From NCBI GenBank assembly GCA_951406725.2, contig OX597825.1, positions 89,342,001 to 89,406,000 of the forward strand: 64,000 nt of DNA, written 5' to 3'. Source of the DNA: Octopus vulgaris. Lineage: Eukaryota. The notes under the pieces are model-generated. The model worked only from the letters and a program-made list of their open reading frames with translations, was not told the DNA's origin and searched no databases. Below, piece by piece: positions 13,701 through 25,698 of this stretch (its first letter is position 1; every line of letters starts with the position of its first letter). Position numbers and translations under genes: made by a program.

Positions 13701-15102
13701 ATTAAAAATAACGTGCACATATTACTTCAAAGAAAATGGCCAATGTTACCTGATCACAAAGTTGCAATTTTCCTCCCATTCTCACCTAAGTTTCTCCCCG
13801 ACCTCTCGTTTGAATTCCTATTTAGTATACCCATTTTCTTACTCATTTCTGTGTGGTACCGCGTTTTAGATCTTACTAATTTGCAGGTATCATAGAGACT
13901 AATCTTATATTATTGTCGTGTAACTACCTCTTTGTGGAACTACTATTGCAATTGTCCATTTTTAATGTGTTGCACTCATAATGGCACATCGCCATGGTTC
14001 CATTTCTTATAATTTTAAAACTCCCGATGAATTCCTGTATTTACAATATCTCTACAAACCGTGTATGTTGAACCGTTTTGTATTTCGCACTATCATTGAT
14101 CCACTAGTGACAAAGACATTTGGTTTGATCTCACTTATACGAACATTGTTCTGATATAACTACTTCTTGGTCTTACACTTCCTCATGAATTCAAACTTAT
14201 ATCAACTTCATCGATAGACCAATCGCTTTTGTGTCACTTAATGTAATTAGAATTATTGTGAAAATATTTTGCAAGTTGGCATGGAATTGGAAGGCTTAAT
14301 ATAAGTAAACAAGACAGAGTATATCTGTGATGCTCGAACTGACGTAATTCTTGTAAGGATCAAAATCTCAATAATTGTTTTGCTGAAAAAATATTGTTGT
14401 AATTAAAGCTTTTTGTTTGGGTGTCTCTTTGGGTCGTTAATTAAAATACTTCCCCTATCCTTTCTCCGACTAAAACTTATAGGCGTATCCCACTATTACT
14501 TTTGGCTTTTAAATTTCTTTATATTAATCCACTAATCGCTATTTTGTTTTAGTCTTTTACTTAACGCCCCAAGGAGACACACAAGCAAAATGGAATGATC
14601 ACAATCGTATTCAACTTTTCCCTTTCTCTTCTCTATGCTGTTCTTTATTATTTATTCTGGTGAAGCTCCTTGTTTCAGACCGGATTTCTGCCAAACTAGA
14701 ATTAATATTTTTACATATTTTTGCATATCAAGGGCAATGCTATACAACATTGGAAGCAGAAACAGCTGTTAAATGGGATGCAATCTATTTGCATTGAATT
14801 AAATAACAATTGACGTAAGTGAGTTGTTGTTCATCAGTACTTCTCAATTTTCTGTGTTCTGATATATATATATATAGCAACTGTATATAATACATATCAC
14901 GATGATATTTATTCTCCGATTTGAAGCGTCAATTTTTAAATATGTATGAGAAGTATTGGTATCCAGAAGACGCAAGACGGCAGGTATGGCTATATAAGTG
15001 CCACGGGTGGGTCGTGGTTAGACTCTCAGTTCGATAATTATACGAGCAAGGAGCCTAATGCGGGTCTTGTGTGAACATGTATATGTTACATGAAATGAAA
15101 CA

Positions 15103-15617
15103 ATAAAACCAAGGCTGTGTGGAATTTAAAGGAGATTTGTAAAGAGAAAGGCAATCTTACGGTGTTTCTGGGATATTACAGATGTCCCTTCATCAGAGAA
15201 AATATGAGTAAGTTGACTAGAGGTAAATAGAAGAATTCAATATAAGTTATTTTGGGAAAGGGTGGATATAGGAAATATAAAGGAATAAAATTAAAAGTAA
15301 AAATATATGTAGGATGTTGCAGTACCATTAGCCAAGAAAAGAGCTGTGTAGAATTGATAGAAAGGCTTCTTGTCTATGGTATGTAACAATATATCATACA
15401 TATATTTTAAATTGTATTTTTCTTTTCTTATTCCCATGTATACATCCTATATCCATCCTTTTCCAAATAAGTCCTTATTTTGAACACATCTATTTCTCTC
15501 TAGTTAGCTCTCTCATATCCTCTCTGATGAAAGGATACCCCTAATATTCCAGGAAAAGCTATAAGAATACATTTATTTTCATAAATGTCCAATGAATTCC
15601 ACACAACCTTGGTTTGG
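15103..15617. mobile_element. Diverged tail-out inverted repeat of PLE-type terminal repeats, each arm with a hammerhead-like core
   Basis: 15103-15300 is approximately the reverse complement of 15420-15617; minus 15155-15199 TCT-CTGATGA-AGGGA..TCCCA-GAAAC-ACC-GTA-AGA; more decayed plus copy at 15521-15566. Confidence 0.7.
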
Positions 15618-15629
15618 TGGTATCAGTTT

Positions 15630-15703
15630 CACACACACATACATGTATGTATGTATGTATGTATGTATGTATGTATGTATGTATGTATGTATGTATATAT
15701 GTG

Positions 15704-15752
<49 letters not shown>

Positions 15753-15801
15753 GTATATATATATATATGTATATATGTATATATATATATGTATATATAT
15801 G

Positions 15802-15854
<53 letters not shown>

Positions 15855-16366
15855 GTATATGTAAATATATATGCATATATATATGTATATGTATATGTAT
15901 ATATGTATATATGTATATATGTATATATATGTATATATGTATATATATGTATATATGTATGTATATATGTATATATATGTATATATGTATATATATATGT
16001 ATATATGTATATATATATGTATATATGTATGTATATATGTATATATGTATATATATGTATATATATGTATATAAATGTATATATATATATGTATATATAT
16101 GTATATATGTATATATATGTATATATGTATCTATAGGTATATATGTATATATATATGTATATATGTATATATATGTATATATATATATATCTGTATATAA
16201 ATGTATATATATGTAAATATATATGTGTATATATATGTATATATATGTGTGTATATAAACGTATATATATGTATATATATATGTGTATATAATTGTATAT
16301 ATATATATGTATATATATGTATATATATGTATGTATATATATATGTATATATAAGTATGTATATAT
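15630..16366. repeat. Compound (TATG)n/(TA)n microsatellite
   Basis: Seen directly. Confidence 0.97.
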
Positions 16367-18821
16367 CTCTTTTACTCTTTTACTTGTTTCAGCCATCCGG
16401 CTGAGGCCATGCTGGGGCACCGCCCTTGTTGCTACCCTCTCTAAGTCCAGTTTGCCGTGGCTGGCCACTGATCGAAGAGAGAGTTTGTAGCTGCTGCCCT
16501 TAGGTTACCTTCGTACCTTGCAGTGGGTTCATCTGGGATCCCGGAAAGCAGCTTGTCTAGATGTTTTTTGAAAATGTCCACATCCGCATCATGTAGATCT
16601 CTTAGTTTTCTTGGCAGTTTGTTGAACAGCTGAGGGCCCCTGAACCCCAGGCTATTACAGTATCTGCTCCTTACCCTGGATGTGGAAGACGGGACCTTTG
16701 GCACCACACAGTGACGTCCTGTACGGGGATTGGAACAGCTCTCAATTCCAAAATTTGGTGCTAGTCACTCCAGGATTTTCCATATGTATATCACTGCATA
16801 TCTCTCTCGTCTTCGTTCCAAGGAGTACAAATTGAGTTCCCTAAGCCTCTCCCAATAGTTCTTTTCTTTCATGGTGGAGATCCTCTTGGTGAAATGTCTT
16901 TGGATTGTCTCAAGCTCTGTGGTTAGTTTGACACTATGCGGTGACCACAGTTGGGAGCAGTAGTCCAGGCGGCTTAGGACAAATGTCCTCCATAGTGTCA
17001 ACATGGTCTCGCAGTCTCTTGTCCGGAATGTCCTCAGGATCCAGCCAGTGAGTCGTCTGCACATTGTCGCCACCTTCGCGATGTGTGAAGAAAAAGATGC
17101 ATCGTCACTCATGTCTATCCCCAGGTCCCGTATTGATTTCGATACTGGGATTTCGATCCCTCCTGGACCAGTATAGTTGTGTTGTAATGTATATGTGTTT
17201 ACAGCTTGATATTGTAAGGCTTGAAATTTACCAGCATTAAATTGCATGTTGTTGTCTTCAGCCCATTTGTATATGGCATCCAGATCTTGTTGTAAAAGGT
17301 CAGCATCAGCTGGGGTTTTGATTGCCTGTGCTACCTTTGTGTCATCAGCATAGCTAGTGAGGGATGTTGTTTGTGCTACCAAGGGCATGTCAGAGAGCGC
17401 CACCAAAAACAGCAAGGGTCCCAAGACTGTGCCCTGTGGCACCCCGCTTGCTATTGGTGTCTTTCCCGAGAGGGCTCCATTGGCTGCAACCATCTGGCTT
17501 CTGTCCTTCAGGAAGTCATGTATCCACTCACCTACTTTTCCTGTTATGCCGAGTCTGAGTAATTTGTGACATATCACTCCGTGGTCGACTTTGTCAAAGG
17601 CCTTCGCAAAGTCGAGATATACCACATCCACCTGTGAGCGATCCAGTAGTTGTTTCAGTACCCAGTCGTAGTGTTGTAACAGCTGCGTAAGGCAGCTTCT
17701 TCCTGGGCGAAAGCCATGCTGTGTGTCAGTGAGACGGTTAGTTTCTTCGAGGAACGTGATCAGTTTTTTTCTGATGATTCGTTCCATGACCTTACTTATG
17801 TGTGACGTCAGGGAGACTGGCCTGTAGTTTTTGGCCTCTGCTCTACTCCATCCTTTGTGGATAGGGCATATGGTGCCTTCTTTTAGCGCCCTGGGCAGTT
17901 TACTGTTAGCCAAGGAACCACTGAAGAGCTTCTTCAGTGGTCCCGCTAGGGCATGCCTGCATGTTTTCAGGAGGACTGCTGGGAATCCATCTGGTCCAGC
18001 AGCTGAGTTTATTCTCATTTCTTCTATGGCAGATATTACATCCCTCTCTGTTATGTCTATGTGGTCGATGGTTGTTGTTTGGTTTTGGAGTGTTGTGGCA
18101 TCAAAGAAAACTTCTGGGTTTGTGATTTGCATGTGCCCCAGAGGGGATGTGAACACACTTTTATACTGTTCCTTTAGTATTTCACTTATCCCTTGGGGGT
18201 CCTCAGTTAGAGAGCCCTTTTATCAAAGAGTGGGCCAATCTTGCAGTGTACCGAGGTGGTTTCTTTCGCAAATTTAAAGAAGGCTTTAGGGTTTGTTTTA
18301 ATATTCTCTATGGCCCTGGCTTTCTCTCTGCCCTCTCCTTATCATAGGAAAGTTTGAGTGCAGTTTCCGTTTCAAAAAGTTTCAGGTGGAGTCCCTCATT
18401 GTTTATCTGCCGTGCATTCAGTTGCTTCGAGAGCTTAGCTCTTCGCCTCATAAGTATTTTCCTGTCTCTCGGAATAACGTTCCTATGCCCGCTGGCTTTT
18501 TCTCCGGGACAAACTTATGGCATATGTTCTGTATTGTTGTCATGAAATGTTGGAAATGTGTGTTGGTGTCTTGTGTGGTGATGAAGTCACTCCAGTCATG
18601 TTTTCGGATCTCTTCGTTGATCTTCTTCCAGTTTGCCTTATGGAAGTTTAGACTGGATAGGCCTGTGGTATTTTCTAATGGCTGCGTCTCAACTAACTCT
18701 CTCATACCATATATCATTACCTCTACTAAGTTGTGATCTGAGAGAATTGTTGGTGTTACCATTATGTTGTGGATGAGCATCGGGTTGCTTGTGAAACAGA
18801 GGTCCAAGACATTCTCACCTC
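16367..18821 (-). mobile_element. 5'-truncated CR1-group LINE with 3' tail shared by SINEs
   Basis: [14 protein letters not shown] (end of APE), RT ORF, C-terminal FKKHLDKLLSGIPDEP..AATNSL; tail ggcggtgccccagcatggcctcagccggatggctgaaacaa then (GTAAAAGA)2. Confidence 0.95.
16765..18156 (-). CDS. Non-LTR retrotransposon reverse transcriptase (463-aa open segment of a disrupted ORF2)
   Basis: [60 protein letters not shown]. Confidence 0.85.
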   Translation of the reverse strand: MFTSPLGHMQITNPEVFFDATTLQNQTTTIDHIDITERDVISAIEEMRINSAAGPDGFPAVLLKTCRHALAGPLKKLFSGSLANSKLPRALKEGTICPIHKGWSRAEAKNYRPVSLTSHISKVMERIIRKKLITFLEETNRLTDTQHGFRPGRSCLTQLLQHYDWVLKQLLDRSQVDVVYLDFAKAFDKVDHGVICHKLLRLGITGKVGEWIHDFLKDRSQMVAANGALSGKTPIASGVPQGTVLGPLLFLVALSDMPLVAQTTSLTSYADDTKVAQAIKTPADADLLQQDLDAIYKWAEDNNMQFNAGKFQALQYQAVNTYTLQHNYTGPGGIEIPVSKSIRDLGIDMSDDASFSSHIAKVATMCRRLTGWILRTFRTRDCETMLTLWRTFVLSRLDYCSQLWSPHSVKLTTELETIQRHFTKRISTMKEKNYWERLRELNLYSLERRRERYAVIYIWKILE

Positions 18822-18880
18822 TTATATATGTATATATATATATGTATATATGTATATATATGTATATATGTATATATATG

Positions 18881-18911
<31 letters not shown>

Positions 18912-19620
18912 GTATATATATGTATATATATATGTATATATGTATATATATGTATATATATGTATGTATAAATATATATGTATATATATGTATATATATA
19001 AATATATATGTATATATATGTATATATATAAATATATATATGTATATATATGTATATATATAAATATATATGTATATATATGTATATATATAAATATATA
19101 TGTATATATATATATATAAATATATATGTATATATATGTATATATATAAATATATATGTATATATATATGTATATATATAAATATGTATGTATATATATA
19201 TGTACATATATGCATATATATGTATATATTTATACGTATATATATGTATATATATGTATATATATGCATATATATGTATTTATATGTATATGTATATATA
19301 TGTATATGTATATATATGTGTATACATATATATATGTATATACATATATATATGTATATACATATATATATGTATATACATATATATATGTATATTCATA
19401 TATATATGTACATACATATATATATGTACATATATATATGTATGTATACATACATATATATATGTATACATATATATATATATGTATATATATGTATACA
19501 TATATATATATATGTATATATATGTATACATATATTTATATATATATATGTATATATATGTATACATATATATATATAAATATATATGTATATATATGCA
19601 TATATATGTATATATATAGA
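18822..19620. repeat. Compound (TA)n microsatellite with higher-order ~30-bp and 18-bp units
   Basis: aaatatatatgtatatatatgtatatatat repeats at ~18970-19190; tatacatatatatatgta repeats at ~19320-19400. Confidence 0.95.
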
Positions 19621-19851
19621 TAAAAGAAATCATTTAAACCCACCATTCTTTTGACCTGCACTCTCTCACCTTACTAATCTTATGCCTCTCTCCTCCTACT
19701 TCGTTTGAACCCTTGAACCTTTAGAACCTTCTAGATTCTTCTGCATTCAGCCACTCTGACGTCACTCCTTATAAAGAGACACTCATTATCGCCATGGGCT
19801 CCTTCAGAGCGGTCAGCTAAAGGTTTTTGTGCATTTTGATGTCGACATATG

Positions 19852-19950
19852 TTCCTTGATTTTCCTGATGAGAAATATGCATAATGTACTCCTTATTCCT
19901 TCGGAATTAGGAATATGCAGCCTTCGAAACATGTGTCGAGAATAAAGGAT
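19852..19950 (+). ncRNA. Type I hammerhead ribozyme with intact core, in a solo PLE-type terminal repeat (~19625-20140)
   Basis: Stem I TCCTTGATTTTC/GAGAATAAAGGA; CTGATGA 19865-19871; extended stem II (GAA/TTC, TGCATA/TATGCA, ATTCC/GGAAT); GAAA 19926-19929; C-ATGT-G; GTC triplet, predicted cleavage after 19937. Confidence 0.75.
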
Positions 19951-20174
19951 ATTTGTTATCTAGTCGTTCAACTCAATTCTTTCATATACTTATAATTTTA
20001 AAATAAACATACAAATTTCGGCATAAAGACACGTATTCTATGCCCTAGGGACGTAGCTTCAACCGTGTTCTTTCTGATGTGAATTTGCTACCCAGGTATC
20101 GGTTATCTTTCGAATTATCCTTAATAAGATAATTCATTCAACTACTCAAATATATATACATATATATATATTTT

Positions 20175-21393
20175 TTTTATTTTATCTAGTTTCAGCTCAC
20201 GAGCTGTGACCATGCTGGGGCACCGCCATTTGGTGTTGCTACACGATTTTACTGCACGAAAGCATTTTAGCAATTGCCATTTGGTGCATGAGAGAGTTCG
20301 ATGCAGCTGCCCTAATCTGCACCTCCTGCCATGAAGTTGATTCATCTGGGACACCTGACAAGAAGAGAACCAGTTTTATTTTAAAGACATCTTCATCCAC
20401 CCCATGCAAGTCTCTCAGGTCCTCTCGGGATGATATTGAAGAGCTGTGGGCCTCTGAAGCCCAAGCTATCACAGTATCTTGTCCTACATCTTGATGGAAA
20501 TTTGGAGTCCTTGGCACTATGCAGTGGCACCCACACCTATTTCTCGATGCCAAAGTTTGGGACAAGTCCTTCTAGGGTCTTCCAGATGTATATTACGGCA
20601 TATCTTTCTCGCCTACGCCCTAAGGAATAGAATTTTAATATCTTGAGTCTTTCCCAGTAGCTTATATGATGCACAGAGGCTATCTTCTTCGTGTAGCTTC
20701 GTTGGATCGCCTCAAGTTCTGTGATTAACTTGACACTGGATGGTGACCATAGCTGAGAGCAACAGTCAAAGTGGCTTAGGACAAGTGTCTTCTAGAGGAC
20801 CATCATGGTTTCCTGGTCTATTGTTCTAAAGGTTCTAAGAATCCATCCAGTCAGCCGCCTACACTTCATTGCCAATTTAGCAACATACACATGAAAGGTT
20901 GCATCATTACTAATGTAAATACCCAGGTCTCACACTGATTGCGCCTCTGGGATCGCAATCCCTCCTGGTCCAGTGTATTTATTGGGTATTACATTTAGTT
21001 TGGCATGCTGATAGCATAAAGCTTGAAACTTTTCAGCATTGAACTGCATGCTATTCTTTTCAGCCCACTTGTATATTTTGTCCAGCACACATTGCAGGGT
21101 CATAGTGTCTTCAGCATTCTGTATTGCCTGTGAAACTTTTGTATCATCTGCATAACTTGTGATCGTAGCACTCTGCATGGCTGAGGGCATGTCTGAGAGG
21201 GCCCTTATGAACAGTAGTTGTCGCAAAACAGTGCCTTGCGGAACACCACTCACTATTTGCGTCTATCCTTCAGAAAGTCATGAAGCCATTCTCCCAATTT
21301 TCCAACTATGCCAAGATCACGCAGTTTGTGACATATCATTCCATGATCGACTTTATCAAAGGCTTTTGCAAAGTCGAGATATGATTTCCACAT
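20175..21393 (-). mobile_element. 5'-truncated CR1-group LINE (second half of RT to 3' end), frameshifted
   Basis: [41 protein letters not shown]; tail ggcggtgccccagcatggtcacagctcgtgagctgaaac. Confidence 0.92.
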
Positions 21394-21404
21394 ATACATA
21401 TATG

Positions 21405-21435
<31 letters not shown>

Positions 21436-21684
21436 GTATGTATGTATGTATTTATGTATGTATGTATGTATGTATTTATGTAAGGTATGCATATATATAT
21501 ATGTATGTATATATATATATATTTATGTAATGTATACATATATATATATATGTATGTATATATATATTTATGTTATGTATGCATATATATATATATATGT
21601 ATAAGGGTGAAAAGGAACACACGAGTTGATATATATGAAAAAACAAGTCAAAAATAGAAAATGCTAAAATAATTTTATAGTGAA

Positions 21685-21733
21685 CATTTCAGTACCGGTT
21701 TCGGTCATTTTGAGACCTTTTTCAACTGTAACG
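21685..21733 (-). ncRNA. Minimal type I hammerhead ribozyme, U3-A8 variant (left arm of palindrome)
   Basis: Reverse complement of 21987-22034 with one extra A after the core (TTGAAAAA-GGTC). Confidence 0.68.
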
Positions 21734-21986
21734 ATTAAATAATTAAATTTAGAAAAATTAGAAGAAAAGTTTTTTAAAGGAATATTTCTATAGTAGTGTT
21801 CAGATATAAGTGGCATTCTGCCTTTCTCTGACTCCCTTGTTTGCACTTGTGTGTTCGAGGTCGAACACACAAGTGCAAACAAGGGAGTCAGAGAAAGGCA
21901 GAATGCCACTTATATCTGAACACTACTATAGAAATATTCCTTTAAAAAAACTTTTCTTCTAATTTTTCTAAATTTAATTATTTAAT

Positions 21987-22034
21987 CGTTACAGTTGAAA
22001 AGGTCTCAAAATGACCGAAACCGGTACTGAAATG
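21987..22034 (+). ncRNA. Minimal type I hammerhead ribozyme, U3-A8 variant (right arm of palindrome)
   Basis: Stem I CGTTACAG/CTGAAATG; TTGAAAA 21995-22001; stem II GGTC/GACC; GAAA 22017-22020; palindromic ACCGGT stem III; GTA triplet, predicted cleavage after 22026. Confidence 0.7.
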
Positions 22035-22078
22035 TTCACTATAAAATTATTTTAGCATTTTCTATTTTTGACTTGTTT

Positions 22079-22140
<62 letters not shown>

Positions 22141-22144
22141 GTAT

Positions 22145-24480
22145 AGTACTCTGCAATTTTAATTCCCGACATATAAAAACCAAACCAGTCAATACCACTC
22201 CATGGCATTCATTTGACAACATAAACTTCCACAAAGTGGACTGGGGAGCAATCAGAAAGGATCTGTCTTTCATCGATTGGTCTTTTACTCTCAATTCCAC
22301 CCATATTGAGACCGCATGGTAGCAATTTCAGAACATTGTCACCCATACATGCTCTAAACACGCTCCTATGAAATCTACTAACACAAACAGAAACCGGCTC
22401 CCTAAAAAGAAAAAAAACACTCATCAGGCACATCAAAAGATTCAATAAAAAAATCAACAAATTAAAATATTCCCACATACAACATCCACATTCAACAACA
22501 ATGAAAAGGCTAGAGCTGGAAAAACTTCATCTGCAGACTGGCATGAAAACCTCCATTGAAAATCAAAGAGCTGTGGAGGAACAGTGGGTAATCAAAAACA
22601 TCAAACAGAACCCAAAAGTGTTCTATTCTTATGCAAATAAGCATAGAACCGCTGCCTCACCCATTGGGCCATTGATTGATGATAACGGCATTCCCTAACA
22701 CGATGCTAAAGAAATAATACTGCTCTGTCTTTAGTGTTCCCACTGATATTGACGTAAGAGAAGCGAACGAAGTTGATGCCCAAACATAAAATCTCAGACA
22801 TAACCTTCACTGCCTCTAACATCATTGCAGCAATAAATGAGGTCAAATACTACTCTGTAGTAGGCCCTGATAGATTCCCCGCTAGTCTCCTGAAGGAATG
22901 TAGACACCAACTTGCAATCCATCTGACCAACCTCTGGAGAAATTCGTTAGACGCAGGTTATATAACGAAACAGCTTCTATCACAGTCTGTTATCCCGGTT
23001 TTCAAACAGGGAAACAGATCCCTTGCAGTCAACTACCGCCCAATCTCACTCACCTCCCACATCATTAAAGTGTTTGAAAGAGTGTTAAGAACAAGGATAG
23101 CTGACTTCCTGGAGAACCCACAAACTCCAAAGTGCAAATCAGCATGGCTTTCGCTGTGGCAGGGACCGTCTAACACAGCTCTTACACCACATTGAAGATA
23201 TACTTAAAGCCTTGGGAACAGGTTAGAACTCTGATGTAATATATCTTGACTTCAGTAAAGCGTTCGACAGGGTTGACCATAATATCCTACTCTCAAAATT
23301 GGCAACTGTTGGAATCCGTGGAAAGCTTCTACACTGGATTAAGTATTTCCTGGCGAATAGAACACAACATGTTGTAGTTGATGGATTCCACAAAAGGCCA
23401 GCAAAAGTCACCAGCGGTGTCCCTCAGGGGACTGTCTTGGGCTCTCTTCTGTTTATAATTTATATAAATGACCTTTCCAGTGTCGTACATTACTGCAAAG
23501 TGAAAATATTTGCTTATGACACTAAGGTCCAGCAAATCATCAATGAAGAAGCACACCGAACTCAACTCAGTCTGATCCATATGCTGTGAGTCAATGAGCA
23601 GACAGAAACAAAATGCAACTGAACGAGGGAAAATTTGAGCTGATGCATTTTGGAAGAAATTCCACTCTAAAACAGCCATACTCTCTTCCTTCAAGGGAAC
23701 CGCTCACAGCCTCTAACAATATCAGAGACCTGGGCGTAATTGTTGATGACAATCTCAGTTGGGGTGCCCACATCAACAATAGGGTCGATATAGCTCGTAG
23801 GATGAGTTCCTGGATCTTAAGAACCTTCCGGTCCAGAGAACAATGTGTCATCATACCACTTTTCTCCTCCTTTGTGCGGCCACACCTCGAATACTGCTGC
23901 CCACTGTGGTCTCCCCATACAAGACAAAACATCTCGGGAATTAAATCACCAGAGAAGGCACTCACTAAACGAATTGAAGGCATGGCTGCTCTCGATTATT
24001 GGGACCTCCTTAAAGCCTTGAAACTCTACTCTCTCCAGCGCTGTCGTGAGCGGTACATCATTTGTACGATGTGGAGAATATACTGCCAACTTTGACCAAA
24101 TTACCTGAACATTAGCTTCAAGGTTCATCCAAGACTGGGACAACGGGCCATACATCCCCTGCCCAAATCAGGATCACAGCATATATGTACACTGCAACAT
24201 AATTTCTTTTCCTCAACAGGCCCTGTCCTATTTAACATTGTCTCGAAAGAGATCAAAGAGGAAAAGTATCTCATCAACTTTAAACGGAGTCTGGATAGAT
24301 TCCTTCAAAGAATACCAGATAAGCCACCCAAAATTGGATACAACTCACCCAACAAAAACTCACTACTTGAATGGACCACAAACAAAACTTGACTTAAACA
24401 GGATTTAGATAATCCTATCATGTGGTGCTATTAAGTTAGACATGGCCTGGACCAATCCTTGGTCAAAATATATCTAAGTT
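22145..24480 (+). mobile_element. 5'-truncated CR1-group LINE with several frameshifts and stops
   Basis: NFHKVDW, NPKVFYSY, NYRPISLTSH, SGVPQGTVLGSLLF, FAYDTK, LEYCCPLWSP, LYSLQRCRERY; 3' UTR as at 4710-4790. Confidence 0.95.
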
Positions 24481-24497
24481 TATATATGTATCTATAT

Positions 24498-24533
<36 letters not shown>

Positions 24534-24632
24534 CTCTATATGTATGTATATATACATATATATATATATGTATATATATATACATATATATCTATATATA
24601 TATATATATACATATATACCTATATGTATGCA

Positions 24633-24668
<36 letters not shown>

Positions 24669-24786
24669 CATCTATATGTATATATATATATATGCATGTA
24701 TAAATATATATTTATGTATATATATATATGTATATATATATACATGTATGTATTTATATATATATATATATGTATATGTATGTATT

Positions 24787-24830
<44 letters not shown>

Positions 24831-24914
24831 TATGTATGTATTTATATATATATATATGTATATATGTATGTATATATATGTATATGTATGTATATATATG
24901 TATATGTATGTATT

Positions 24915-24993
<79 letters not shown>

Positions 24994-25212
24994 GTATGTA
25001 TATATATATGTATGTATATATATATATGTATGTGTATATATATATGTATATATATGTATATGTATGTATATATATATATGTGTATATATATATATATATG
25101 TATATGTATGTATATATATATATATATATAAATGTATATATATATATGTATATATGTATGTATATATATACGTAGTGTTGTATATATATGTATGTATATA
25201 TGTATGTATTTA
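24481..25212. repeat. Compound (TA)n/(TATG)n microsatellite
   Basis: Seen directly. Confidence 0.97.
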
Positions 25213-25215
25213 TAT

Positions 25216-25698
25216 TTACCCACTCGAAACCCCATCATTTGCCGATATTCTCTTCGCCATATACTGTGCACTGATAGAGACTGCAAATTCACCCATTTAC
25301 CTGGAACAAAACGCTCTGTCCCCACAAACTACAACAGCAACCACTATAATACAACACCACCACAACCACCAATATCTCAAACAAGGAATCCCCAAATCTT
25401 CCGCTATTCCCAGCGAGACAGATTGTGTTTGCACAGGGATTGCCCCTTTAACCATCTCCCGGGGACTCGTCGGACATTTAAAGATAACCACTCACATAAA
25501 AATAGCCGCGGCCACAGTCACCTGCGGTTCCCTAGACAGGAAACTACCTCTTCTTCCTCTTTTTTAGCTATAATGAATCTATCACCCACCACCATCCACC
25601 ACTATTACCCCACTGCACATGCCATTAAAAAGCAATCAAATAAACAAATCACCAAAACAATTAAATTCATCCACTCTCGCCTCAACATTTCTGCTTAA
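25216..25698 (+). CDS. LINE ORF1 C-terminal portion with two CCCH-like motifs
   Basis: [23 protein letters not shown] and [23 protein letters not shown]; overlaps the ORF2 start in another frame; the ORF track's N-terminus (25132) is microsatellite. Confidence 0.6.
   Translation, partial: LPTRNPIICRYSLRHILCTDRDCKFTHLPGTKRSVPTNYNSNHYNTTPPQPPISQTRNPQIFRYSQRDRLCLHRDCPFNHLPGTRRTFKDNHSHKNSRGHSHLRFPRQETTSSSSFLAIMNLSPTTIHHYYPTAHAIKKQSNKQITKTIKFIHSRLNISA

Larger units (their letters stand above)
21629..22090. repeat. Near-perfect 462-bp palindrome (230-bp arms, 2-nt GG spacer at 21859-21860)
   Basis: ...gtgttcga GG tcgaacac...; the only arm differences I saw are two homopolymer lengths; both ends run into TA. 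Confidence 0.97.

Noticed and set aside
17357-18277. Plus-strand ORFs overlapping the LINE RT (likewise 27416-28192 and 30161-30682 on minus)
   Set aside because: Antisense shadows of retrotransposon coding sequence
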